Positions 18,499 to 27,568 of a DNA stretch of 58,566 bases are shown piece after piece (within the stretch, counting starts at the first letter, position 1; every line of letters starts with the position of its first letter). Where the stretch lies: the IMG/VR virus record IMGVR_UViG_3300043425_000840. One strand, given 5' to 3'. Under the pieces are notes generated by a model. The model was not told where the DNA came from, made no database searches, and worked only from the letters and a program-made list of their open reading frames with translations. The stretch is from a virus. Lineage: Duplodnaviria; Heunggongvirae; Uroviricota; Caudoviricetes. A program made the position numbers and the translations under genes.

Positions 18499-18518
18499 AA
18501 TATAATCATAATTTATAG

Positions 18519-18556
18519 TATTTATTAGTAACACATTAGTGGACAGTGAAACTAAT
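18519..18556 (+). promoter_or_regulatory. TATTTAT putative late promoter plus leader hairpin ATTAGT-GGACAGTGAA-ACTAAT
   Basis: Motif at 18519-18525; perfect 6-bp stem 18535-18540/18551-18556 ending 5 nt before the ATG. Confidence 0.5.
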
Positions 18557-18561
18557 AAATT

Positions 18562-21500
18562 ATGGCAAACGAATTTAAAATCAAGAATGGTCTTGTCGTG
18601 TCAGGCTCAGCCGACTTTGAACAAGACTTAACCGTCCGAGGGAGACTTACCGCAGATGAATTACACATATCAATTGTTAGTTCTTCTGTCCTTTTCGAGT
18701 CAGGTTCTACCCAATTTGGTAACTCAATAACAGATACCCACAAAGTTACGGGTTCGTTATCTATAACAGGTTCGATGAGTCTTAACGGACAATCTGTTGA
18801 AACAAACAGATTGTCGGTGACTACGTTTAACACCTACACCGCTAGCTTAGACCCAAGAATCTCTGATTTAGAGACAAGTACGGGTAGTATTAATAGTTTC
18901 ACATCAAGTACTAATTTAAGATTAACATCGTTAGAAACTTCCACAGGAAGTATCAATACATATACCGCATCCAATACTACAAATATTAATGCAATTCACA
19001 CATCCACATCAAGTTTAAACACCTTTACATCAAGTGCTAATGGACGTTTAAATTCAATAGAAGGTGTAACAGGTTCCATATCTTCTTTGAACACTTACAC
19101 AGGTTCAAACAACACAATTATTGGAACTTTACAAACTTCAACAAGTAGTTTGAATTCATTCACCGCAAGTGCCGGTGATAGATTAACGGCAATTGAAACA
19201 TCTACAGGTAGTTTAAATTCATATAGTTCATCTAATACCACGAATGTAAATGCAATTCACACTGCAACAAGTAGTTTAAATTCATTTACTTCAAGTGCAA
19301 GTGATAGACTAAATTCATTAGAAACTTCCACAGGAAGTATTAATTCATATACAAGTAGTAACACCACAAACATAAATGCAATTCATACGGCAACAAGTTC
19401 GTTGAATTCATATACAAGTAGTAACACTACTAACATAAATGCAATTCACACAGCAACTGCAAGTTTGAATACATTTACATCGAGTGCGGGTAGTAGATTA
19501 ACATCAATTGAAACATCAACAGGTAGTTTAAACACTTATACAAGTTCTAACACAACTAATATAAATGCGATTCATACCGCAACTAGTAGTTTAAATTCAT
19601 TCACCTCAAGTGCGACAAGTAGATTAAATTCTATAGAAGGTGTTACAGGCTCAATTGCAGCGTTGAACACCTATACAGGTTCAAATGATTCAACAAACAC
19701 AGAACAAAATAATAGATTAGGTTCATTAGAAACTAAAACAGGTTCTCTTGAAAGTAAAACAGGAAGTTACGCAACAACTGGTAGTAATTCGTTTAACGGT
19801 AGTCAAACAATTACAGGAAGTTTAACTATTACACAAAATTTAACGGTATTAGGTTCTTCATCGTTGTTAATTGTAACATCATCACAATTAGCACTTAGTT
19901 CATCAACAATATCTGTAAACATATTTGAACCTGCAGAAAGATTTGGTGGTTTAAAAGTATACGATAGTGGTTCAGAATCACATTTGGCAACTGCGTCTTT
20001 ATTATGGGATTCACAAAATAATCATTGGATATATCAAAATGCGTCTGGTAGTAACTACTCAGGTGGTATGCTACTTGCGGGTCCAAGAAATACAGGTAGT
20101 TTAGGAGATGAAGTAGGATTAACAAGTGGACGTATTGCCAAATCTGTAGGTGGAGACCACTTAGATAATTCAAATATTACCGACACGGGTACACTAATAA
20201 AAATAAACTCAGACACTGAAATTACAGGTACCTTTACCGTAGGTGGTGGAGGTAAAATAATATCATCTGGTGTTGGTGGGGATGAAGGTGGTGAAATTTT
20301 ATTAGGTATACCAACAACTAACACAACACTTACAGGTCAAGGCGTTACTATTGATGTTTATCGAAATAAATTAAGAATTTTTGAACAAGGTGGAAATGCA
20401 AGAGGTGCATATCTTGATATAACAACACTTGGTAACGGAGTATCAACTAATTTATTAGGTACCGCAGAGACGGCATCATTTGTTGAATACTCAAATGTTG
20501 CAAATAAACCATCATTGGTTTCAGGTTCATCTCAAATATCATTTAATGGTATAACAGATAAACCAACATTAGTTTCAGGTTCATCACAAATTACTTTTTT
20601 AAGTATTAGTAGTATACCGGCAGGACTTGTATCGGGTTCCTCACAAGTATTAAATGGAAGTGGAGTATGGTCAGGTTCAGCACAATTACCGGCAGGAACG
20701 GTGTCAGGCTCATCACAAGTTTTGAATGGAAGTGGTGTTTGGAGTGGTAGTGCACAATTACCATCGGGTATAGTATCGGGAAGTTCACAGGTATTGGCAG
20801 GAACAACAATACACTCAGGTGCATTTTTCAATGGTATATCGGTTGTGTCAGGTTCTGGACAAATATCATTCAATGGTATAACTGACAAACCGGCATTAGT
20901 ATCCGGTTCATCACAAATCACATTTGGTAGTGTTACCGGTGTTCCTTCAGGTTTAGTATCGGGTTCTTCACAGATTACTTTTTTAAGTATTAGTAGTATA
21001 CCAAGTGGATTAGTTTCAGGTTCATCACAAGTGGCATTCAGTTCATTAAGTGGTTTACCTTCAGGTATCGTATCTGGTTCATCGCAAATATCATTTGGTA
21101 GTATTAGTGGAGTACCTTCAGGTTTAGTGTCGGGTAGTTCACAAGTAGCATTTGGTTCATTAAATGGATTACCATCTGGTTTAGTATCAGGTTCATCACA
21201 AATATCATTTGGTTCAATATCAAATATTCCTTCAGGTATTGTATCTGGTTCATCACAAATTACATTTAGTGGAATATCATCAAAACCTACCACAATTAGT
21301 GGTTATGGAATAACGGATGCAATTACAACAAGTAATATTAGTTCACAAACTGTGGCGAGTGCGAGTAACTCAACAACAGTTGGGGGTATCACACCTATTC
21401 AGTTCTTTAACAATATGGGTGACAGTCACGCGACAAGAACTAGTTTCGATGCAAGTACACCATCATATAATTTTGGATTTAGATACGTACAAGGAAATAC

Positions 21501-22260
21501 AAATGGTCCTGGTACAGGAGCTTCTCAATATTATTCTTGGTATATTGGTTTAGGAAATGATTATCCGGCAACAGGTGCAGGTTCATATGGTGCGATGTTT
21601 GCTGTTGACAGGAATAGTACAACACCTTATCTCTCAGTAAGATATAATGAAAATAATAACTTTAGTTCTTGGAGAAAAATATATGCAGGTTATGCTGATA
21701 GTGCAGGTTCCGTATCAGGAGCTAACGTCTCTGGTAATATTTCAGGAAACGCATCTAATATAACATCGTACACAATTAATCAAAGTGTTGGTACAAGTAA
21801 TCTACCTACATTTGCGGGAGTCAAAGGTTCATCATATTTCGATGCACAAGCAAGTAGTGGATTTAGAATTAGAAATTCCAACGATTCAGCCAATGCTGGT
21901 GGGTACACAAGAAGAGGTTTATGGGAAGGAAATTCAAATTACGACCCGGGTATATGGGCGGAAACCGGATATGGTGTATATGTTTATACAAACGGTTCTG
22001 CAAATATTAGAACTTATTGGGATACAAGCGGTCATTTACTACCTGGAGCAAATAACACATATAACTTGGGTTCAACAACTTTAGGTTGGGCAAACGTTTA
22101 TACGAACGACTTACACTTAAGTAATATGAATAAACCTGAAGGAAATGACATTGATGGAACTTCCGGCAACTGGACTATTCAGGAAGGTGCAGAAAATTTG
22201 TATATTATCAATAATAATAACGGAAAGAAATTTAAGATTAGTTTAGAAGAGATTAAATAA
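18562..22260 (+). CDS. Long tail fibre protein (1232 aa) with two repeat arrays and a conserved phage-fibre C-terminus
   Basis: MANEFKIKNGL N-terminus; 21-aa coiled-coil repeats; 13 VSGSSQ repeats; ends LPGANNTYNLGS...NDLHLSN...GNWTIQEGAENLYIINNNNGKKFKISLEEI, a type of terminus seen in myovirus fibres. Confidence 0.8.
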   Translation: MANEFKIKNGLVVSGSADFEQDLTVRGRLTADELHISIVSSSVLFESGSTQFGNSITDTHKVTGSLSITGSMSLNGQSVETNRLSVTTFNTYTASLDPRISDLETSTGSINSFTSSTNLRLTSLETSTGSINTYTASNTTNINAIHTSTSSLNTFTSSANGRLNSIEGVTGSISSLNTYTGSNNTIIGTLQTSTSSLNSFTASAGDRLTAIETSTGSLNSYSSSNTTNVNAIHTATSSLNSFTSSASDRLNSLETSTGSINSYTSSNTTNINAIHTATSSLNSYTSSNTTNINAIHTATASLNTFTSSAGSRLTSIETSTGSLNTYTSSNTTNINAIHTATSSLNSFTSSATSRLNSIEGVTGSIAALNTYTGSNDSTNTEQNNRLGSLETKTGSLESKTGSYATTGSNSFNGSQTITGSLTITQNLTVLGSSSLLIVTSSQLALSSSTISVNIFEPAERFGGLKVYDSGSESHLATASLLWDSQNNHWIYQNASGSNYSGGMLLAGPRNTGSLGDEVGLTSGRIAKSVGGDHLDNSNITDTGTLIKINSDTEITGTFTVGGGGKIISSGVGGDEGGEILLGIPTTNTTLTGQGVTIDVYRNKLRIFEQGGNARGAYLDITTLGNGVSTNLLGTAETASFVEYSNVANKPSLVSGSSQISFNGITDKPTLVSGSSQITFLSISSIPAGLVSGSSQVLNGSGVWSGSAQLPAGTVSGSSQVLNGSGVWSGSAQLPSGIVSGSSQVLAGTTIHSGAFFNGISVVSGSGQISFNGITDKPALVSGSSQITFGSVTGVPSGLVSGSSQITFLSISSIPSGLVSGSSQVAFSSLSGLPSGIVSGSSQISFGSISGVPSGLVSGSSQVAFGSLNGLPSGLVSGSSQISFGSISNIPSGIVSGSSQITFSGISSKPTTISGYGITDAITTSNISSQTVASASNSTTVGGITPIQFFNNMGDSHATRTSFDASTPSYNFGFRYVQGNTNGPGTGASQYYSWYIGLGNDYPATGAGSYGAMFAVDRNSTTPYLSVRYNENNNFSSWRKIYAGYADSAGSVSGANVSGNISGNASNITSYTINQSVGTSNLPTFAGVKGSSYFDAQASSGFRIRNSNDSANAGGYTRRGLWEGNSNYDPGIWAETGYGVYVYTNGSANIRTYWDTSGHLLPGANNTYNLGSTTLGWANVYTNDLHLSNMNKPEGNDIDGTSGNWTIQEGAENLYIINNNNGKKFKISLEEIK
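18838..19770 (+). repeat. About 13 tandem 21-aa (63-bp) coiled-coil repeats of two alternating types
   Basis: Type A T.S...RL..(L/I)E.STGS(L/I)N.Y; type B TSSNTTN(I/V)NAIHT.TSSLN.F. Confidence 0.85.
20515..21290 (+). repeat. 13 tandem (L/I/T)VSGS(S/G)Q repeats, mostly 19 aa (57 bp), with two 24-aa copies
   Basis: Counted in the translation (e.g. LVSGSSQITFGSVTGVPSG). Confidence 0.85.
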
Positions 22261-22261
22261 G

Positions 22262-23035
22262 ATGCCTGTAATTGTAAAAAATCACATAATAAGTTCAAAT
22301 GATATCACGAGTACAGGAATTTTTAGAACAAAAATAAATCGTGATAGTCTAGTGTTGCATTTAGATGCTGGTGATGTTGATTCATATCCTGGTAGTGGTT
22401 CTGATTGGTATGACTTAAGTGGTAATGGATATAATTTTACTATAAACGCCTCAGCATATAATTCATCAGGACCAAAATATATGGATTTTAATGGTTCATA
22501 TGGTTGTGCAAAGAAAACGAGTACGGACGTACCTTTATCGGGTAATGTCACGTGTATCTGTTGGACAAGAGTTTTAAATAGTACAGGTAATTGGAGAACA
22601 TTATTAAGAGGTTTAAGTTCAGGTCCTGACCACCAAGTTATTATTCAATCAGGAGCTTGGGCAATGGGTATGTACGATAATACAAATGGTACAGGGTTTA
22701 ATAGTAGTGGATTTAGTCAACAAAGTTTACCTGCATATGGTACATCAAATTGGGATATGTTAGTATGGAGATGGTATGATACCGCTTCACCTTACCATTT
22801 ATTTGGTTATAATGAAACTGCGGGATTGATAAGGGGTTCAATTGCTAGTATTAATTCAAGATTTAAACACGGATTTTGCTCAATTGGTGCCTATAATAAT
22901 GGAGACCAAAATAACCCAAATGCTGCTAGTCAATTTTGGGGTGACATTGGATTAATAAGTTTATATAACCGAGTTTTAAGTCCTTTTGAAATAAACGAAT
23001 ATTTTCAGGCAACGAGAGCTAGGTTTGGTAGATAA
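22262..23035 (+). CDS. Concanavalin A-like lectin/glucanase (LamG) domain virion protein
   Basis: LVLHLDAG..SYPGSG..WYDLSGNG, then GDIGLISLYNRVLS..EI..YF.ATRARFG. Confidence 0.8.
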   Translation: MPVIVKNHIISSNDITSTGIFRTKINRDSLVLHLDAGDVDSYPGSGSDWYDLSGNGYNFTINASAYNSSGPKYMDFNGSYGCAKKTSTDVPLSGNVTCICWTRVLNSTGNWRTLLRGLSSGPDHQVIIQSGAWAMGMYDNTNGTGFNSSGFSQQSLPAYGTSNWDMLVWRWYDTASPYHLFGYNETAGLIRGSIASINSRFKHGFCSIGAYNNGDQNNPNAASQFWGDIGLISLYNRVLSPFEINEYFQATRARFGR

Positions 23036-23044
23036 AATAATTTT

Positions 23045-23878
23045 ATGGGAATAGTATTAGGAGGAAATAATTTATCGGGAACAAATTTCAACACATTAGG
23101 TGGAATCCCAACAACACCAACAGTTATAACAGACGGATTGGTATTGTGGTTAGATGCGGGAAATTTGGACTCATATATAAACACATCCGCCAACTATTAT
23201 GATTGTGGTTATGGATATCAGTATTATGTTTCAAATCCTGGATGTATTGCTGCGAATACTAAGTGGTATGATATAAGTGGTAACGGATATGATGGGACAC
23301 TCAATGGAGGTATGGGTATATCATATGATGTTGGAGGAGGTGCAATGTATTTTGATTCTTCTAATGATTTTGTTAGTGTTGGTAATGTCGGTTCATTTTC
23401 CACTTTTACTGTTGAAATTTGGTTTAAATCCGATTCAGTAACAAACTATAGAAATCCGATTGATTGTAATTGGTTAGTTTTTAATGGAGGGGCGAGTGGA
23501 TATAGTAATATCGGGCCAAGATTAGAACAAAATTCATCAGGTAATTTGGGTTGGGTTATTGGTGATGCGGGTGGAAGTTATACTGGTCTTAACGTTATAA
23601 CCTCAGGAATGAGTTCATCAACAACACATTGTGCAGTTATTACTAAAACAGGTGCAAGTAGTTTTTTAAGTTATTATAATGGTACCAATGTTGCTAGTAC
23701 AACATTTTCAAATTGGACAGGAACTATGGCAAATGTTAATATTGGTAGAGGGTTTAGTACTAGTGGTGAAAGATGGTTTAATGGTGGAGTTTCAATTGTA
23801 AGAATATACAATGTTGCATTAAGTGCTGACCAAATATTACAAAATTTTAATAACGGAAGAACGAGATTTGGAATTTAA
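23045..23878 (+). CDS. LamG-domain virion protein (paralog)
   Basis: DGLVLWLDAG, WYDISGNGYDGTL, FTVEIWF and FNGGVSIVRIYNVALSADQILQNFN. Confidence 0.85.
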   Translation: MGIVLGGNNLSGTNFNTLGGIPTTPTVITDGLVLWLDAGNLDSYINTSANYYDCGYGYQYYVSNPGCIAANTKWYDISGNGYDGTLNGGMGISYDVGGGAMYFDSSNDFVSVGNVGSFSTFTVEIWFKSDSVTNYRNPIDCNWLVFNGGASGYSNIGPRLEQNSSGNLGWVIGDAGGSYTGLNVITSGMSSSTTHCAVITKTGASSFLSYYNGTNVASTTFSNWTGTMANVNIGRGFSTSGERWFNGGVSIVRIYNVALSADQILQNFNNGRTRFGI

Positions 23879-23888
23879 TATATAGAAT

Positions 23889-25550
23889 ATGCCAGTAATT
23901 TTTAAAAGAACAAATATTTTAAATGTTGAAGAGTGGACGTTAGGTTCGGGAGGAGTTGGTAACTTTTCTCAGAATGGTAACACAGGAGAAAATGAAAGAG
24001 TAATGGGAACTGACCCTTGGGGTAATTCGGCAATTGTGTGGGAAACAAGAGCATCGGGTGATGGAAACGCTGATGGTGGATGGAATCATAGTTCTTTTTC
24101 TGTTGATAACACAAAATTATACAGAATGTCTGTATGGGTTAAACGCACATCAAGTTCTGCCGGTGGAACATTTTACCTTGGAACAAATGGAGGTGGTCAG
24201 TGCGTACTTAGGTTAGATGGTAGCTATGGTGAAGAATGTAACCCATATTGGGATTGTAGAGGTACGGGCGGATTTACTCAAGATGTTTGGTACTTAGTGG
24301 TTGGTCACGTTTTTCCACATACATATCCAAATTCCAATCAACACGCAGATACTGGTGTATGGACAATTAGTGGAGGGAAAGTTGGAGGAATAAATGGTTG
24401 TAATGTGGGAAATGATATGAAATTTGGTCCAAGTACAACATCATTAAATCACAGAACATATCATTATTATTGTGGAGATAGTACCACAAGATTACAATTT
24501 TTCGAACCACGAGTTGATTTATGTGACGGTTCTGAACCAAGAATCACCGACCTATTAAACAATACAAGAAATAGGTTAAACTCATCATCTGCAACTATTG
24601 AAGGTGCGTCTTATCAAAATCAAAAAGTCATTGCAACGGGTGGCGTTATTACAGAATTAGGAGATTGGAGAATCCATCGTTTCAATAGCTCAGGTACATT
24701 TACATTAACATCATTAATTGGTTCATCACTACACGTAGAATATTTGATTGTAGGTGGTGGTGGCGGTGGTGGAATGGATATGGGTGGAGGTGGAGGAGGT
24801 GGTGGTTTCCTAAGTGGGAAACACGTATTAACACCCGGTTCATATACAATTACAGTTGGTGCAGGAGGTGCAGGTGCACCTGCCGCAGGAACCAACGGAC
24901 AACCGGGAGGTCACCAATACACAATACCCGCAACTGCAGGTGGTAACTCATCGTTTAATGGATTAACATCTATTGGTGGTGGATTTGGTGGTAGTTCTTA
25001 TAGAGGTTATACACCAGGTATTGCAGGTGGGAACGGAGGCTCAGGAGGTGGTGCTAGTGGTTATAATGACAACGCTGGCACTTTTTATGGAGGTTCAGGT
25101 ACATCAGGACAAGGATATAGAGGAGGAAACTCAACAGCCGCATATTACTCAGGTGGAGGTGGAGGTGCAGGTGGTCAAGGAACTGATTCCACAGCAAGAG
25201 CAAATGGTGGAACAGGTGCATTGTCAACAATTTTAGGTAGACCATTTTATTGGGCCGGTGGTGGAGGTGGTGCAGGTTATTCCACATTTGGTGGTTCAGG
25301 AGGAAGAGGTGGTGGAGGTGCAGGTGCACCAAATGAATTTGCAAACAACTACGCAACAGGAGGAAGAGATTCTATCGAATGGGGTAGAGATACTTTAAAT
25401 GGTTGTACAGGATGTCACGCAAACCTACCTGGTGGAGACGGAGGAACAAACACAGGTGGAGGTGGTGGAGGAGGAGCACACTATAATTCAAATAATAAAG
25501 GAGGTAACGGTGGTTCAGGTATCGTTATCATTAGATATAAAAAGAAATAA
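23889..25550 (+). CDS. Glycine-rich-domain virion/tail protein with an N-terminal beta-sandwich
   Basis: ATGG.IT...WRIHRFNSSGTF, VEYLIVGGGGGGG..GGGGGGG, ending GGNGGSGIVIIRY. Confidence 0.8.
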   Translation: MPVIFKRTNILNVEEWTLGSGGVGNFSQNGNTGENERVMGTDPWGNSAIVWETRASGDGNADGGWNHSSFSVDNTKLYRMSVWVKRTSSSAGGTFYLGTNGGGQCVLRLDGSYGEECNPYWDCRGTGGFTQDVWYLVVGHVFPHTYPNSNQHADTGVWTISGGKVGGINGCNVGNDMKFGPSTTSLNHRTYHYYCGDSTTRLQFFEPRVDLCDGSEPRITDLLNNTRNRLNSSSATIEGASYQNQKVIATGGVITELGDWRIHRFNSSGTFTLTSLIGSSLHVEYLIVGGGGGGGMDMGGGGGGGGFLSGKHVLTPGSYTITVGAGGAGAPAAGTNGQPGGHQYTIPATAGGNSSFNGLTSIGGGFGGSSYRGYTPGIAGGNGGSGGGASGYNDNAGTFYGGSGTSGQGYRGGNSTAAYYSGGGGGAGGQGTDSTARANGGTGALSTILGRPFYWAGGGGGAGYSTFGGSGGRGGGGAGAPNEFANNYATGGRDSIEWGRDTLNGCTGCHANLPGGDGGTNTGGGGGGGAHYNSNNKGGNGGSGIVIIRYKKK

Positions 25551-25551
25551 G

Positions 25552-25926
25552 ATGGCACATTTTGCACAAATAGACGAAAATAATATTGTACAACAAATAT
25601 TAGTTGTTCCCGATGACCAACAACACAGAGGTAATGATTACCTATCAATAGATTTAGGTTTGGGGGGTGAATGGATTCAAACATCCTATAATGGTAATAT
25701 TAGAAAAATGTTTGCAGGTTTGGGATACTCTTACAACAGAGAACTTGACATTTTTTTACCACCTAAACCATTTAGTTCTTGGGTTTTAAATGAGACATTA
25801 GGACAATGGGACCCACCTGTTGAAAGACCTGAAGTTGAGGAAGGTATGGTTGCAATTTGGAATGAAGACTCATTAGGTTGGAATATCGAAGAGTTACCAA
25901 AAATAGAAGGTTATGACAACAATTAG
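25552..25926 (+). CDS. Small partner of the Gly-rich tail protein (MAHFAQIDENNIV...), possible assembly chaperone
   Basis: The ATG at 25552 directly follows the previous stop; WIQTSYNGNIRKMFAGLGYSY...FLPPKPFSSW. The track start at 25399 is a shadow of the Gly-rich frame. Confidence 0.75.
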   Translation: MAHFAQIDENNIVQQILVVPDDQQHRGNDYLSIDLGLGGEWIQTSYNGNIRKMFAGLGYSYNRELDIFLPPKPFSSWVLNETLGQWDPPVERPEVEEGMVAIWNEDSLGWNIEELPKIEGYDNN

Positions 25927-26059
25927 TGATATAGAAATTTACTTAGAAAACACTTGCTGGTATGTAAAATACATACAGGACGGTGAAACAATTGTGAGTA
26001 ATCCATTTATGGAAGAACAACACGCAATTAATTATAGTAATAATTTAAAAAAGATTTAA
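25913..26059 (+). CDS. 48-aa hypothetical protein (MTTISDIEIYLENTCWYVKYIQDGETIVSNPFMEEQHAINYSNNLKKI)
   Basis: Hand-translated; overlaps the previous stop and fills the gap. Not in the ORF track. Confidence 0.55.
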   Translation: MTTISDIEIYLENTCWYVKYIQDGETIVSNPFMEEQHAINYSNNLKKI

Positions 26060-26096
26060 ACTCCACAATTTTAAAATTTTTATTTAAATTTTACCT

Positions 26097-26840
26097 ATGA
26101 ATAACATAGGTTTTGGAATTTTTTGTTTTGGTGAAGAGTACTATTTTAATGGTACATTTGATAAAATACGAAATATACTTAATGAGGGGTATCATTGTTA
26201 CATCTTAACAGATACCCCTGAAAAATTTACAACAAAATATTCATCATCACTTTTACATATAATCCAATACGATAGAACATTTAAATCGTATGCGGATAAG
26301 ATGATATTACCAAAATATATTTTAGATAAACACAACATCTCAATACTACTTGACGCCGATACACACGTTACAGATTTTTCATTTTTAAAAGAATTAAAAA
26401 CGTATGAATTTAATGATGGTATAAGTTATATTGATACATTATTAAACCACAAATCAAAGAAAAAATACATCAAAGAATTGATTAGTATTGATAGAGATGA
26501 GTGGAACAAATATTATGGTTATGCAAATAAAATATGTCCTAATTTCACAGAATATGAAACGATTTGGGAATATTTTTTAATTATAAATAAGAATGGATTT
26601 AATCAAGAAAGATTTTACCATTATTATGAAAAATTACAAATAGCAAAAGAATTTTGTGATATTAGCTTAAATAAAGAAGTTAATGGTGCGGGTGAAGGTA
26701 TATCAGTAAGAATTAGTGCCAAACTATCTGAAACTAAAATTGAACAAGATTTAACATTATATGAAATGTTAAAAGATAAAATGATAAGTGTCAGTAGAAG
26801 ATACACACCAAAACCACTTTGGCCTGATTGGATGAAATGA
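26097..26840 (+). CDS. Putative GT-A-fold nucleotide-diphospho-sugar transferase
   Basis: YILTD early strand and ILLDAD DxD motif. Confidence 0.55.
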   Translation: MNNIGFGIFCFGEEYYFNGTFDKIRNILNEGYHCYILTDTPEKFTTKYSSSLLHIIQYDRTFKSYADKMILPKYILDKHNISILLDADTHVTDFSFLKELKTYEFNDGISYIDTLLNHKSKKKYIKELISIDRDEWNKYYGYANKICPNFTEYETIWEYFLIINKNGFNQERFYHYYEKLQIAKEFCDISLNKEVNGAGEGISVRISAKLSETKIEQDLTLYEMLKDKMISVSRRYTPKPLWPDWMK

Positions 26841-27568
26841 TAAGTAACAACGACTATATTAAAAAATTCATCACCAACAATGATGATAAACCTGTTCCAT
26901 ATCGATGGACGCACGGGGCAACTGATTTACATATGGGTGATGGAATTCTTGTTTACTCAATTATTCAACATATGAGAGCTAAGAATTGTGTCTGTATTGG
27001 TTCAGGTGGTGGATACATTCCACGTATTATGACACAGGCAAGAATTGATTTACATAAACAAAATATATTTGAAGGAAATGGAGACTATAATTGGGGTGAC
27101 ATTGGTGTTACTTACGTTGTTGATGCTTGTAATGGTGTTGGTGGGCCTAACGATTTGGATAACGAAGAGTCATTCTACCGTAAGAATTTTTATCCGAGAT
27201 TTATTAAATCGACTTCTCTCGACGCGTATTATGATTTTTTTGTTAGACAGGATATTAAAATAGATGTCCTATTCATTGATGGTGACCATTCATATGAAGG
27301 TGTTAAACAAGACTTTGAACTTTATTCACAAATATTATCAGATAATGGTATAATCTTTATACACGACACAGACAGTAATTACGAAGAAACTTTAATCGTT
27401 TCTGAAGACTCAAAAAAAGACCATTATCGCTTCGATGGTCCGGCAAAATTCATTAAAGAACTACAAGAAAATCCCGAGTGGAACTTGATTAATCTTTTTA
27501 ATTTTCGTATATTATCAACAAAACCATCCTCTAGTGGGATAACGTTGATAAATCGAAAAAATGGTTAG
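26828..27568 (+). CDS. Class I SAM-dependent methyltransferase (Methyltransf_24-like)
   Basis: VCIGSGGG, LFIDGDHSYEGVKQDF and IFIHDT. An alternative start is at 26837. Confidence 0.85.
   Translation: MDEMISNNDYIKKFITNNDDKPVPYRWTHGATDLHMGDGILVYSIIQHMRAKNCVCIGSGGGYIPRIMTQARIDLHKQNIFEGNGDYNWGDIGVTYVVDACNGVGGPNDLDNEESFYRKNFYPRFIKSTSLDAYYDFFVRQDIKIDVLFIDGDHSYEGVKQDFELYSQILSDNGIIFIHDTDSNYEETLIVSEDSKKDHYRFDGPAKFIKELQENPEWNLINLFNFRILSTKPSSSGITLINRKNG

Noticed and set aside
16948-21290. Regular tandem repeats resembling a CRISPR array
   Set aside because: Unit lengths are multiples of 3, degenerate at wobble positions and in-frame within ORFs; there are no unique spacers and no cas genes.
15021-21293. 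Long minus-strand ORFs with repeats (15021-15500, 16092-16502, 16845-17429, 20532-21293 and others)
   Set aside because: Antisense shadows of Ser/Thr/Gly-rich fibre genes (TCA/GGT/ACA codons give stop-poor reverse frames); no independent starts or motifs.
12078-26059. Diversity-generating retroelement acting on fibre or LamG tips
   Set aside because: No reverse transcriptase, and no template/variable repeat pair differing only at adenines was seen in the window.
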